A DNA stretch of 63,757 nt, counting the filler, from Octopus bimaculoides (taxonomy: Eukaryota): the NCBI RefSeq assembly GCF_001194135.2. It is 7 parts of 6 records of this genome, joined end to end, with 100 filler letters (N's around TTAATTAATTAA, not from the genome) between each part and the next. Parts side by side here need not be neighbours in the genome. Positions count along the whole stretch, not along the records: positions 32,370 to 58,878 come from NC_068982.1; 6 more parts are not named here. One strand, given 5' to 3'. The number at the start of each line of letters is the position of its first letter. Position 1 is the first letter of the stretch. Of this stretch, positions 40,016-53,019 are shown one piece after another. The notes beneath the pieces were generated by a model. It was given only the letters and a program-made list of their open reading frames with translations. It had not been told where the DNA came from and did not search any database. The translations under genes and the position numbers were made by a program.

Positions 40016-40490
40016 CTTGAATCACAGCATACATACATACACATATATGTATATGTATACATGTGTATGTATATGCTTATGTGTAGGCGTGCACATGTAT
40101 GTTGTCTCCTTGCCCTCTATTGCATGATGGTTGTAAATGTATGTTGCTATCATGCATGTGGTTTTTTTTTCATTTCCAATCTTCTGTGAAAACATGTCTG
40201 GTCATGCGGAAATAATACCTTATTGAGAATCAGGTGAGGGTTGTTGACAAGAAGGGTATCTGACAATAGAAAAACCCATCTCAGAAAGTTTAGCTCCACT
40301 CATATGAGCATGGAAAAATGGATGTTAAACTGATGATGATGACGATGATGATGATGATGATGACAACAATGATGATATGGTTTATCTAGGAAGATGATTA
40401 TCACCATTGCCTACTTTCCAAAACTGGTGATATTGTTCGTGTTCAATTCCATCATTTGTTTGTGGAGATCCACAGAAAAATTCACGAGTG

Positions 40491-40920
40491 GGCGCAGGAG
40501 TGGCTATAGGCACAAGAGTGGCTGTGTGGTAAGTAGCTTGCTTACCAACTGCATGGTTCCGGGTTCAGTCCAACTGCATGGCACCTTGGGCGAGTGTCTT
40601 CTACTATAGCCTCGGGCTGACCAAAGCCTTGTGAATGGATTTGGTAGACGGAAACTGAAAGAAGCCCGTCGTATATATGTATATATATATGTATGTATGT
40701 GTGTTTGTGTGTCTGTGTTTGTCCCCCCATCATCGCTTGACAACTGGTGCTTGTGTGTTTACGTCCCCGTAACTTAGCAGTTCGGCAGAAAGACACCGAT
40801 AGAATAAGTACTAGGCTTCCAAAGAATAAGTCCTGGGGTCGATTTGCTCAACTAAAGGCGGTGCTCCAGCATGGCCGCAGTCAAATGACTGAAACAAGTA
40901 AAAGAGTAAAGAGTAAAGAG
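40491..40920 (+). mobile_element. Full-length SINE family A with duplicated 5' tip
   Basis: tRNA-like A box (gctgtgtggtaag) and B box (gggttcagtcc), (TA/TG)n middle, (GAGTAAA)n-like tail. Confidence 0.92.
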
Positions 40921-41373
40921 AGAGTGGGAAGAGAATTCTTTCCAGAGGACAGCATCTCTGGAGAGAAAGAACTGTGTAATAAAACAACTAAAGATAGATC
41001 CATCGGGTAAGAGATGGGTAGAGATGATATGTAACAAACAAATCCAGAAGGACATACACTTCAGTCTACTTCAATATTTATTTTTATAAATTGAATTTCA
41101 ATTTACATATGCTTTGAGTGGCTGCTGCTATAACAATCAATATTTTGGTTTACATAACTACTCTAATAATCTATAATTCAGTTTAGAAGATAGCATCCAA
41201 CCACAGGGTTTCTAGCCTATATTTTGGTTAATTCAACAGCTTTAGTAGAAGTGAGACTAATGTAGACACAATTATCGGTTATATCTATCAATATGTGTAT
41301 GCGTGTGTGTGTGTGTGTATGTGCATGCGTGTCCATATACATGTGTATTTGTGTGTGTATATATATGTATGTG

Positions 41374-41419
<46 letters not shown>

Positions 41420-41451
41420 CATAAACATATACATACATACATTCACACATA

Positions 41452-42283
41452 CAGGGTGTGATGAATAAATTATGCAAAAATGAAAATAACACTGACATCT
41501 CATTTTAACAGATATATTTGCCAAAATTACATAAAATACTAAAGAGTAAATTTATTCAATAATATCACTATTGGCTTCAGCCACAGACTCCAGATGACTT
41601 CAGAATCTCCTGCAAATCTTCTGGACAGTCTCTTTGTTTAAGTTGGTGAATACTGCCATAATCTTTGGTGGTACAAGGGGTTTTGTTGGTCTCTCACTCA
41701 ACTGTGCTCCACACATAATAATCAAAGGAGTTGCAGTCTGAGGAGTTAGGTGGCCAGATGTTAGGGGTGATGTGATCACAAAAATTGTCTGACTGCCATG
41801 ACTGGGTTCTCCTGTTTGTGTGGCATGGTGCAGAGTCCTGTTGCTAGACATAGATCTTCCAGCAGCCACCCTCTTGACCCAGGGCAGCGCTACCTCCTCC
41901 AGGCACTTGATGTAGGCCTCCGTGTTTAGTCTGAGGCTGTGTGGGAAGATGAATGGAGGCATAACGTTACCATCACTAGTGATCACTCCAAACACCATCA
42001 TGTTGACTGGATATTTGATTTTTATCATTCTCGCTACATGTCCTCAGATTGCACTGTCCTCAGATTGCACTGTCCTCAGATTGACACTCAAACACTCTGA
42101 AATGCTCGTATTGGAGCTTCCGGTGCAAATGCCAAGCAGTACAGCATGTTACCAAATTTCTGGCTGAGTGAATTGTCTTATGGTGCTGTTTTTCTCACAG
42201 ACAGTGCCCAACTGACCCTACTATACTGTGTAGTTGACAAAATTAAAAACAAAGATTGGCGACAATTTACCCATTGCACCCTG
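41452..42283 (-). mobile_element. Internally deleted DD37D (maT-type) Tc1/mariner transposon with TIRs
   Basis: TA|CAGGGTG..ATG..TAAATT inverted ends. Residues QQDSAPCH...WPPNSSDCNSFD give exactly 37 aa between the second and third D. One TAG and a frameshift inactivate it. Confidence 0.92.
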
Positions 42284-42428
42284 TATATATATATATTTGC
42301 AACGTCATGTACCCAGATATGCATCTATATATACATGTACATGAAGGTATGTACATACATGTACATATATATGCATATACTCATATATTATTTATATATA
42401 TATATATATATATATAGACACTCACATG

Positions 42429-42492
<64 letters not shown>

Positions 42493-42958
42493 TAGATAGC
42501 TAGATTGATTGATAGATACATATAAGAGAAAGAGAGAGAGAGAGGTGTATGTGTGTGTAAAAATATATGTGGATATGTGTGTTAATGTGATTGTGTGTAT
42601 ATATCAATATTTATCAAGAATCACATTTAATTTGTATTTCTTTAAAAATCATTCTGTCAGAGATGGAATACAATAGCTTAAAGAAGTCATATGAGATAAT
42701 GGAGGACTGACTTCATGTAAACTTCATGCCAGTTATCTAAACTTCACAGTCCTAGAGAGTTACAAAAGCAGTTATAGGGTTGCCTCTCCTTCCTCATTAC
42801 TGGAACAAATACAGCAAAAAATAAAACCAGAATCTGAAAAACCTAGGGAAGCAATTGTTCTCTCTCTCTCTGAAGGAGACCTTTTTTGGAAACAATAGTA
42901 CTCATGTCTGCCAATGGCATATGGAGTCATGCAAATTTACAAATCTTAACAAGAGATT

Positions 42959-43004
<46 letters not shown>

Positions 43005-44421
43005 AAAATGTGGGCTCTAGTGAAGAATGTAACAATGCAGCAGGTTACTATAAGATTTCCTTACAATATCCTGCAGAACAGCATTCCTACCTGGTCCCTA
43101 ATCTTTTTGTTCTGATGAAGGACTAATGTCTAAAACATCAAAATCTTTCTCTTCTTTTTCAGTGTTAAACTCATAAAACATTTCTAACTTGTCCCTCCCA
43201 TGTTGCCTGTTTTTTTTTTGTTCATTGCCCTTATAATAACATAAGTAGAAGACAGTGGATATACAGAGAAGTTTTCCCATTGTTAAGAGGAAACTGAGGT
43301 TTAACTGGTCCTTGGGTGTCCATCTATTGTGGGAATTCAAATCAAACCTCCAAACTGAAAACAGCTTCCTCCCTTCCTCCCACTAAACTCAAAGGGCCTG
43401 TAAAAGGCCATAGGCACTGCATTTTCTCCTCTGATAAAAAAAGTCATTGTTTTATTTGTTAAGCTGGAGTGGAAAGTCAGCACTTATAACATTTTCTGGC
43501 TTTTCTAGAGACTTTGAAACACAAATAACTGGCAGGGATTGTTTGATTCAAGCAGGCTAGTAATTGATAGGAAAACATGCAAGAGGAACTCTAAACGGGT
43601 AGAGTTAAAGAGGAAGAAGCATGCATACACAAGCCTCCTTGCTGCATACAAATATTTGAGTGTAGTCATCATTTAGCTGCTATTTTTAGCAAGTTGTGTG
43701 AGCGCTTAAATGTTTCTTCCTTGACTTATCTTTATATCTTTCTGTAGTGTATCACGGATTGGTAAGTTTGGCAGAAACTCCCATACTCTTAGTTTTTGAT
43801 TGTGATCAAATAGTCCTAGTACAATTAATAAGTGAAGTGAAATGGCTTGATAAAGAATTGAACCAGTATAGCAAACTTAACTTACTAGGAGTTTATTGAC
43901 CATTCTATTATTGGTACATTTGTTGTACAACATTTATCCATGTATTTATATGTTCCTTTATTTATCTGTTTATTGTTTTTTAAAACAACATTGTGTTTTC
44001 TAAGCCCTGGAAACAAAAAAGGGCAACTGGGATGGAATGGAACAGTTAAAAGCTTTATTGCGTCTGATCACCCCAAAATTGATAGATAGGATTATGAATG
44101 CTGGTGAGTTACTCGTATGTTCACTAATATCAAAACTGGTGCTGGAAAAACATTTCAGGTGTCAAATATATAAAATACACAAACACTCGCAAAAACATGC
44201 TCACACATATATGAACAGTTAGCCACATACACACACACGAAAATAAGATCTATCAACCCCATCAGTTCAGATTCAATTGTATTTATTTTTTAAAGACTTA
44301 TACTACATCAATACATTCTTGATAACTTATTACTAGAAGCAACTTTGGGAAAGTTCTAGTGATTATGGAACACAGCCAAATAATTCCTCCAGAGAATATT
44401 TTGACTGCAGCCACAGAATTT

Positions 44422-44700
<279 letters not shown>

Positions 44701-46106
44701 TTCTCAGCTTCCATTTGTATTGACTTCTAGAATGTTATCAATTAATTATTTTAAAAATCTTTATCAGTTCTCTCAAGCTATTTCTATCTATGCAATCTCA
44801 CAAATATTTTTTTGCTATTTTACATTCATTTTGCTATGTTAATATGGGTGGGTTGATTTTGTTGGTGCAGTTGTTTTTATAACTGAAATTGTCAGTTGTA
44901 GAAAGTGTGTGTTTTATCAGTTGGGCAACTAAAACAAGTCATGTTATGTGTCCTGCCTAGGGGTACATGAATTGCTAATTATGATATGATCAGCAGTTCA
45001 GTACCTTAGGCTATTTAGACATTATGATTTTGCTGTTGCAAAACATTATCCGTTATAAAAGAATTGTTAGGTTTATTACCTATTTGAAGTTATTCTATGG
45101 GTTCTCCAGGTTTATTCTTATTTAGAAATATACCCTATCTAATCTATTTTAAAGAATTGAGTACACTCTGCAAAGTGGTTGGCATTAAGAAGGGCATCCA
45201 ACTATAGGAGCCACGCCAAAGCAGAGAGTGGAGCTTGGAACATTCTTCTGGTTTGCAAGCACCTGTCAAACTGTCCAACACTTGCCAGCAAGGAAGACAG
45301 ACAGACATTAAATGATGATGATTTTAGATCTGATTTAGACTATTCCTCTGCTAGGTACAATCAGAATATGTCTCTTATTTTCCTTTTCTGTTCATTGAAG
45401 CACATGTTTACTCACACGACATGTCCCACATCAGCATAATCGTCTCTTCATTTGCATGCATCAAGACCTATTTTCTTGAAGTCATTCAGTTGAAAACACA
45501 GAAGAATAGTTCTTTGATATATGTTAATTTGAACATTTGTAAAATAATTGCTAAAAATGAATATTTATATAAATGAACACTGCTAATTAATCAGCTGTGA
45601 AATAACAACACTACCTATTTTTAGCAGAATAAATTGAAGTAAGCAGAGTACACAGTTCCTTCCAATGACACAACATAACACTTTATGTAAAACTGAGCAT
45701 CTTACAATCAGTCATTCAGTTTGGGAGACAGACAGATTTGAAGCAAACCTGAAGCAGAGTGGGTATATCAGTGAGAAGGTCATGAAAGGACTTTGTCAAA
45801 ATTAGCTGACTGATTGATTAATTGAATGATTAATCAAGCAATCAATTAGTTAAATGGTTAGCTAACTGACTAATAATAGTAATAAAAGATGTGAAATAAA
45901 ACCAGTGCGTGTTTATTATTGGCACAATGACCTTCCTGAGATACAATAAAATTTGTTTCAACACACGTATTCACATCAAAAATCTTGTAAATCAAATACA
46001 AAAATGAAATAAATTTGCATCTACTTTTGATTTTTGTCCATTGCACATCCTTAGCTCCTTATTCTAGTATTTTAGAAAGCTTTATTGAAAAATGTCTTTT
46101 CATTAC

Positions 46107-46256
46107 CTTGGGTTGATTGGACTAAGGTCAAGCTTTGTGATATCTCGACATCCACTGACAAGGGCCCAGAGTACTTCAGCTGTTGGTGGATGCAGGGCAC
46201 TGTGATATGTAAACTCCTCCAATAGGCGAGCATAACAAGAAACAAGCCACAAGCTC
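46107..46256 (-). CDS. FBXO41: FBXO41-like exon (150 nt)
   Basis: Acceptor aatcttatttcag|G and donor CCAAG|gtaatg. Encodes SLWLVSCYARLLEEFTYHSALHPPTAEVLWALVSGCRDITKLDLSPINP, resembling recalled SLWLASCYCRALQAVTYRSATDPVGHEVIWALGAGCREIVSLQVAPLHP. Phase 2 to 2. Not in the ORF track in this frame. Confidence 0.9.
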
Positions 46257-46299
46257 CTGAAATAAGATTGTAGTTTGTATTTTTACCATTAAAACAACA

Positions 46300-48520
46300 A
46301 AATATTGATTTCAAATTTTGGCACAACGCCAACAATTTTGGGGGAGGGGTAAGTCAATTATATCGACCCCAGTGCTCTACTAGTACTTATTTTATCAACT
46401 CTGAGAGGATGAAGTTTGATCTCAGAGGAATTTGAACTCAGAATGCGAAGACGGATGAAATGCCACTAAGCATTTAAACAACAAAATATTAACACCTTAA
46501 AGCAACAAAATATTAACAATATAACAACTACAAAAATTTCAGATTTTTTTGGATAAGTACATAGGTGGAGTGAAACTGAGTCAATTTGATCGACCCTATT
46601 ACATCACTGGTACTTGTTCCTTTGTCAGTAAGCAAAAACTATCAATAATAAATAATAATGTGGAGGCGCAATGGCCCAGTGGTTAGGGCCGCAGACTCGC
46701 AGTCAGAGGATCGCGGTTTCAATTCCCAGACCGGGCGTTGTGAGTGTTTATTGAGCGAAATCACCTATAGCTCCACGAGGCTCTGGCAGGGGGTGGTAGC
46801 GACCCCTGTTGTACTCTTTTGCCCCAACTTTCTCTCAAACTTTCTTCCTGTTTCTTGAGTAATGCTGCAATGGACTGGCGTCCAGTCCAGCTGGGGGGAA
46901 CACATATGCCATAGAAACTAGGAAACCAGGCCCATGAGCTTGGCTAGGCTTTAGAAGGGCGCATAAATAAAAATAATAAAAATAAATAATAATAATGATT
47001 CCTAACATAGACACAAATTTTGGGGTAAGGTTTAGTCAATTAAAACAATCTTAGTAATTGATTGGTACTTTACTTTATTAACCCCAGAAGAACAAGAAGT
47101 AAAGTTGATCTTAGCAGGATTTGATCTCAGAATGTAAAGGGCTGAATAAATATTGCAAAGAATTTTGTTGAACATTCTAAAAATTTTCCAAATTCACCAA
47201 TCACCATAATATAATTGCGACAATAATTCTAATTTCGGCAGAAGGTTTGCTATTTGGGGGTGAATGAGAAGTTGATTACACCAACCTCAGTGCATACTGG
47301 TCCTTATTGACCCTGAAAGCATGACAGGTAATGCTTAGCTTCGAAGAATTTGAACTCAGAACTTAAAGATAATGATTTTCAATTTTGGCTCAAGGCCATC
47401 AAATTCAGGTGAGGGGTAAATTGATTACATCAACCCCAGTACTCAACTGGTACTTTATTTTATCGCTCCCCTCCCCGAAAGGATGAAAGGCAAAGTAAGC
47501 CCTGGCAGCATTTGAAATCAGAATGTAAGGACAGATAAAATGCTGCTAAGCATTTTGCCCGGCATGCTAATAATTCTACTAGCTTGCTGCCTTTCTAATA
47601 ATAATAATAATCTTTCTACTAAAGGCACAAGGCTTGAAATTTGTGTGGGAGCAGGATAGTCGATTACGTCAACCCCAGTGTTTCACTGGTACATAATTTA
47701 TCAACCATGAAGGGATGAAAGGCAAAGTTGACCTCAGCAGAATTGGAACGCAGAATGTAGCGATTGGTGAAATGCTATTAAGCATTTCGTCCAGCGTGCT
47801 AACAATTCTGCCGGCTTGCTGCCTTAGCAATAATAGTAATAGTAATAATAATAGTATTATCATTAGGCAGCGAGCTGGCAGAAACGTTAACATGCTGGGT
47901 GAAATGCTTAGCGGTATTTCATCTGCTGCTACGTTCTGAGTTCAAATTCCGCCGAGATCAACTTTGCCTTTCATCCTTTCGGAGTCGATAAATTAAGTAC
48001 CAGTTACGCACTGGGGTCGATGTAATCGACTTAATCCCTTTGTCTGTCCTTGTTTGTCTCCTCTATGTTTAGCCCCTTGTGGGCAATAAAGAAATAAGTA
48101 ATAATAATAGTAGTGATAATAATGATGATGATATTATTATTATTATTATTATGATGATCAATAAGGCAACAAGCTGGCAGAATTGTTAGCATGACGGGTA
48201 AAATGCTTAGCGGTATTTTGTCTAAGTCACCGCTACATTCTGAGTTCAAATACTGCTGAGGTCGACTTTGATTTTCATCCTTTTGGGGTTGATAAATTAA
48301 GTACCAGTACTACTAAAGGCACAGGCCTGAAATTGGGAGAGGGGGATAGTTGATTATATTGACCCCAGTACTTGACTGGTACTTTTTCTATTGACCCCAA
48401 AAGGGTGAAAGGCTAAGTTGACCTTGGTGGAATTTGAACTCAGAACAAAATGATGAACGAAATACTGCTAAGCACTTCACCCAGCATGCTAATGATTCGT
48501 CCAGCTCACTGCCTTAACTA
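46300..48520. mobile_element. Cluster of about eight SINE B copies plus one full SINE C (46660-46985)
   Basis: Repeated B motifs in both orientations separated by (AAT)n. The best-preserved copy is 47866-48098 (+). Confidence 0.9.
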
Positions 48521-48901
48521 TAACAATAACAATTGGAATACAATGAAATGCAGTGATTTCATATACAAACATAATAAGTCTGTAGGTCCATGTTTTGAAC
48601 ACTTCCAAAATTACAGAGGAACAACTCTCTCTATTCTTAAGTGTCACTGTTCTTTTTCCTCTTTTTTTCTATCTCTCCCACTGTTGCTACTGCTATTTGT
48701 TACTACTGTTATTTTGCTACTAAAATATGTTCCTTTCATTTTAGTTACAATTGTTGTTAATACAATTGTTTCACCTAGTGTTGCCATTGAAGTCACTGTT
48801 TTTGTTGCTTCTATAGTGATTGCAACAAATTTTTAAAGTTTGCTTTTCTTATATCAATAATTGCAGTGTAGAAGATGTTTTTAAGTCATTTAAGATCACA
48901 C

Positions 48902-49100
48902 AAAAACTGTTAGATTCATTTCAACATTTAAATTTAATTTGTGTCAAAATATTTATGTCGCTTTGAAACCATGACCTGTTCACTGACAAAACTTCATGCT
49001 GCATCATAAAATTTTGTCAGTGAACAGGTCATGGTTTCAAAGAGATGAAAATATTTTGACACAAATTAAATTTAAATGTTGAAGTAAATCTAATGGTTTT
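48902..49100. repeat. About 200-bp near-perfect palindrome/hairpin
   Basis: ...tcaacatttaaatttaatttgtgtcaaaatattt...ctttgaaaccatgacctgttcactgacaaaa is mirrored after a loop of about 14 nt. Confidence 0.95.
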
Positions 49101-49473
49101 TTTTTGCATGTACTTAAATGGCTTATAAACATCTACCACACTTCAATTATTTTTGTTTCAGCATGCAATCTCAGATCAAATTGCATGCTATGCAAGTATA
49201 TCTCTGTAATTTTCTTATATCATTTAATATTAATACTTGCTGCAAATGTCCATTATTATTTTCATGCTTGGTTGCACTTAAATCATTATAACTACAAACC
49301 TTAGCTCCCTTCTGGTAAACTGCTGCCATAGGAATAAGTGGAGTTGGTTGTCAGTGATATAAGATAATTTGGTGAAATAAATATTTAATTTTTCTTGACA
49401 GAAAGTAGACTCTGATTGTTAATTACCATCCCAAGAACATCCTCTTTAGATAAAAACAGAAGAAAACTAATAT

Positions 49474-49689
49474 TCAACCCTTTGGAATTCAGATTACTCT
49501 GTCAAAAGTAATGCTTATTTATTTACATTGTTTTGAATTAATCGTGCATTCTCATAGCTTTCAATGATGCAGTTGTTTATTTTTTGAATGACATCATAGG
49601 GTAGGTGTGAGAGACCAGATCTGATTAGTTTGAACATAAAAGAGGCAGAATGTTTGGGCTGGATATGGTCAGTTTAAATGAAGCATTAA
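49474..49689 (-). mobile_element. piggyBac-like MITE, second copy
   Basis: Reverse complement of 34996-35196, plus the opposite terminus (aaagggttga). Confidence 0.6.
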
Positions 49690-50244
49690 TACAAAACTGG
49701 GAAGTAGAAAAGAATACATCTGATGCTATTTGTAATGATAATAACAAAAGTATAATGACAATAACAACTGAGCATTAGTAATTTGTATCATCAAATGTTA
49801 TTAACAATATCATGAAGATTGCAAGTTGTAACATCAATGCTTTCACTTTTAATACAAATGGGAGTCAAGGCAAGTTACACTGAGAATAGAGACACTATAT
49901 AACATATATCACTACAAGGTTATGTAAGAATGATATTTTTTTAGGTGTCCTATTCATGTAATGAAGGAAAGCAATAGGAAGCCATCTTTGTATTTTGTTA
50001 TGAAAATTCTCTTACAGTTTATAGCTCTTACAATAAAGAACTCATCAAAAGCTTTTTATTGACTTGATTACATAAGAAAAGAATCCTTGTAACAGTAATA
50101 GCAGAGGGAGCCTCTGTATGGTTGCTCCAATAGCAAAAATTGGTTACCAAATGTTCCTCACATCATTCACTGCTGACTTTAAAAAGAAAATAAAATCAAC
50201 CAAACAAGGAACCTGTATTTAATGATTTTTTTAAAGACCCTCTT

Positions 50245-50970
50245 TGGTCATGAACAACCATAGGAGTGCCCTTAGAAAGTTCCCCTCCAAGGCACAAGTC
50301 CAGGCAGATTTGGTAATGGAAGACCAGCAGTCAGTGATGCATACCAGCCTCCCCTCTCCATGTCACTGATGTTATCCAAGTGAGAGCCAAAAGCTGATAC
50401 AGCTTGGCACCAGTGATGTCGCAACTCATTTCTGGCGTAGCGTGAAATAAAGTGTCTTGCTCAAGAACACAACACATAGTCTGGTCTGGGAATCGAACTC
50501 ACTACCTCATGATTGTGAGCCTGGCACTCTAACCACTGAGCCATGCATCTTCAGTGTTGGACAACACTATATTTCAATAAAAACTGGGATAGTCATTCTG
50601 CAAAGTCTGATCACAAATCTCTGTCATGGTTGTTTTGGGGTTAAACAGCAACATCAACAATAACAACATAAATTGTCCTATTATCAATCACACAGGCGCA
50701 ATGGCCCAGTGATTAGGGCAGCGGACTCGCGGTCGGAGGATCGGGGTTTTGATTCCCAGACCGGGCGTTGTGAGTGTTTATTGAGCGAAAACACCTAAGC
50801 TCCACGAGGGTCCGGCAAGGGTAGGTGGCGACCCCTGTTGTACTCTTTCTTCCTGTTTCTTGAGTAACGCTGCGATGGACTGGCGTCCCGTCCAGCTGGG
50901 GAGAACACATAGGCCATAGAAACCGGGAAACCGGGCCCATGAGCCTGGCTAGGCTTTGAAAGGGCGAAAA
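50245..50970. mobile_element. Minus-strand tRNA-head SINE (50245-50550) and plus-strand SINE C (50694-50970)
   Basis: tRNA-like heads in opposite orientations; C body with ctgcgatggactggcgtcccgtccag. Confidence 0.8.
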
Positions 50971-51154
50971 AGAATTATCAACCACACCTTTTCGATGTAA
51001 TAACCCCATGTTGCTTGAAATACAATAATAGAAACAGCACAATAGATTAACTGTACTGACGATTGAACAAAGCTATTTTATTCTGAGGAATATGAAATTT
51101 CACTCGGGAACCATGTGAAATAATGGGAAGGATATTAATAATAAGAACAACAAT

Positions 51155-51990
51155 GATTTCAAATTTTGGCACACGGCCAGCAATTTTGGGGTGGGGTAAG
51201 TCGATTACATCGACCCCAGTGCTTGACTGGTACTTCTTTTATTGACCTCAAAAGGATGAAAGGCATAGTTGATCTTGACGGAATTTGAATTGGGAACGTA
51301 CCAGAAGAAATGCCGATAAGCATTTTGTGTAACATGCTAATGATTCTGCCAGCTCGCTGCCTTAGCAACAACAACAACAACAACAACAACAATAATGACT
51401 TTAAATCTTGGCACTAAACCAGCAATTTCGAGGGTGGGTGAGCAGACGATTACATTGACCCTAGTGCTCAACTGTTATTCTATCTACCCAGAAAGGATGA
51501 AAGGCAAAGTCAACCTTGGTGGAATTTGAACTCAGAACGTGAAGACATGCTGTTAAGCATTTCACCCGGCGTGCCAACGGTTCTGCCAACTCAACAACGA
51601 TAAAGGTTTTATATTTAGGCACAAGTCTGTTTAATTTGTAGTGTGGTGTTTGTTGATTACAGGGAATCTAATACTTGACAGATACACTACTTTATCAACC
51701 TTTGAAAGGATGAAAAGCAAAGTTAACGTTGGCAGGATTTGAACTTAGCACATAAAGAGCTGGAAGAAATGCTGCCAAGCATTTTGTTTCAATCACTACT
51801 GATTCTGCAAACTTGCTGCCCTGATTTCAATTTTTGGCAAAAAGCCAGCAATTTTAGTGAGATGGGGAGTCTAGTCAATTACGTTAACCCCAATACTTGA
51901 CTGGCATTGAATTTTATTGACCTTGAAAAGATGAAAGGAAAAGTTGACGTCAGCAGGATTTGAATTCAGAATATAGTGAGCTGCAAAAAA
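51155..51990 (-). mobile_element. Four head-to-tail SINE B copies
   Basis: Repeated ggatgaaaggcaaagt...gaatttgaac blocks near 51255, 51495, 51708 and 51930. Confidence 0.85.
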
Positions 51991-52076
51991 TGTTGCAGTT
52001 GTCACATAATAAATTTAATCCTAAATAACGCACAAAGAGATGAAAGAAGAAGAATAAAGAAGCATGATAAAAATAC

Positions 52077-52175
52077 CTTTCTGTAAATATAGATCCACAG
52101 TTTGTGATTGTAAGTTTTTGGAGACTTCCTTCAGCACTTATTAAGACAGTTTCCAGACCTTTCTCCAAGCTGCCT
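52077..52175 (-). CDS. FBXO41: FBXO41-like exon (99 nt)
   Basis: Acceptor ttttttttaactattcacag|A and donor AAAG|gtattt. Encodes GSLEKGLETVLISAEGSLQKLTITNCGSIFTE(R), resembling recalled GCLEAGLESLLKAAGGNLLILRISHCPNILTDR. Phase 2 to 2. Confidence 0.88.
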
Positions 52176-52794
52176 CTGTGAATAGTTAAAAAAAAATGCA
52201 TCTTGAGTGTTACCATAATTAAAGTATCTTGCTCTTTGATTTTTGATAAAGTTGCATAAGAAATAAACATACAGATGTACAATCCATACACTTAACTACT
52301 TACCTTTCTATTGACTTAAGGCTAATATATGAATGCTGTCAATAAATAAATTCTAGCAGCCCCAGTGCAATACTTTGCCTGGGTTGCATATAAAGATATT
52401 AAGTCAGCCATGACCTACCTACCTACCAACTGACTGACCGATAGATCATGTGACTATATTTTTTGCGCCGAAAATCATTTAATAACAAAATTTGGTGCTT
52501 GCGTACATAGACACAAACCATAACTATTTAACCATTAGGTAATATAGAAGCTACTCCTGTCAACTCTACCACTCAACAGAACCTTATTTTGGGACTATTA
52601 CGAAACATGTTCACTCAACCGTGCCAGCCTTGATATTCGGCGCAAAAAACATGATATTAACGCACGAACGTAGTGTGGAACCTACTAAAATTTCTCAGAT
52701 TACCACTAACCAAGTGATCTTTATTGTATTTGACACACACACATATATATATGCACGCGCGCGCGCATGTGTGAATTATATCGAGGTTGCTTAC

Positions 52795-52855
52795 CGTATC
52801 TCTTGTTGGTAAAATTTCTCACTTTCTCCCCGGCGTTTTGGCCGTCCTTGTATAT
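52795..52855 (-). CDS. FBXO41: FBXO41-like exon (61 nt)
   Basis: Acceptor tatttgcttttcaatag|AT and donor ACG|gtaagc. Encodes (N)IQGRPKRRGESEKFYQQEI(R), resembling recalled FBXO41 NLKPRQRGKKESKEEYARSTR. Phase 1 to 2. Confidence 0.85.
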
Positions 52856-53019
52856 CTATTGAAAAGCAAATAGGGAAGATTATTTTTTAGAGATACTTGA
52901 GTTGAAAATAAAAATTGTTTTGTGTATCCCAATTTCTACATATCATACTCTATATCTTTCCTAGTTTTTCTATCGAGACATAGTTGATAGATCAGATTAT
53001 GGCATAATCAACAATCTTA

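Noticed and set aside
40508-40590. tRNA gene calls from A/B-box-like heads (also 46660, 50694, 20519)
   Set aside because: They lack complete acceptor stems and continue into SINE bodies.
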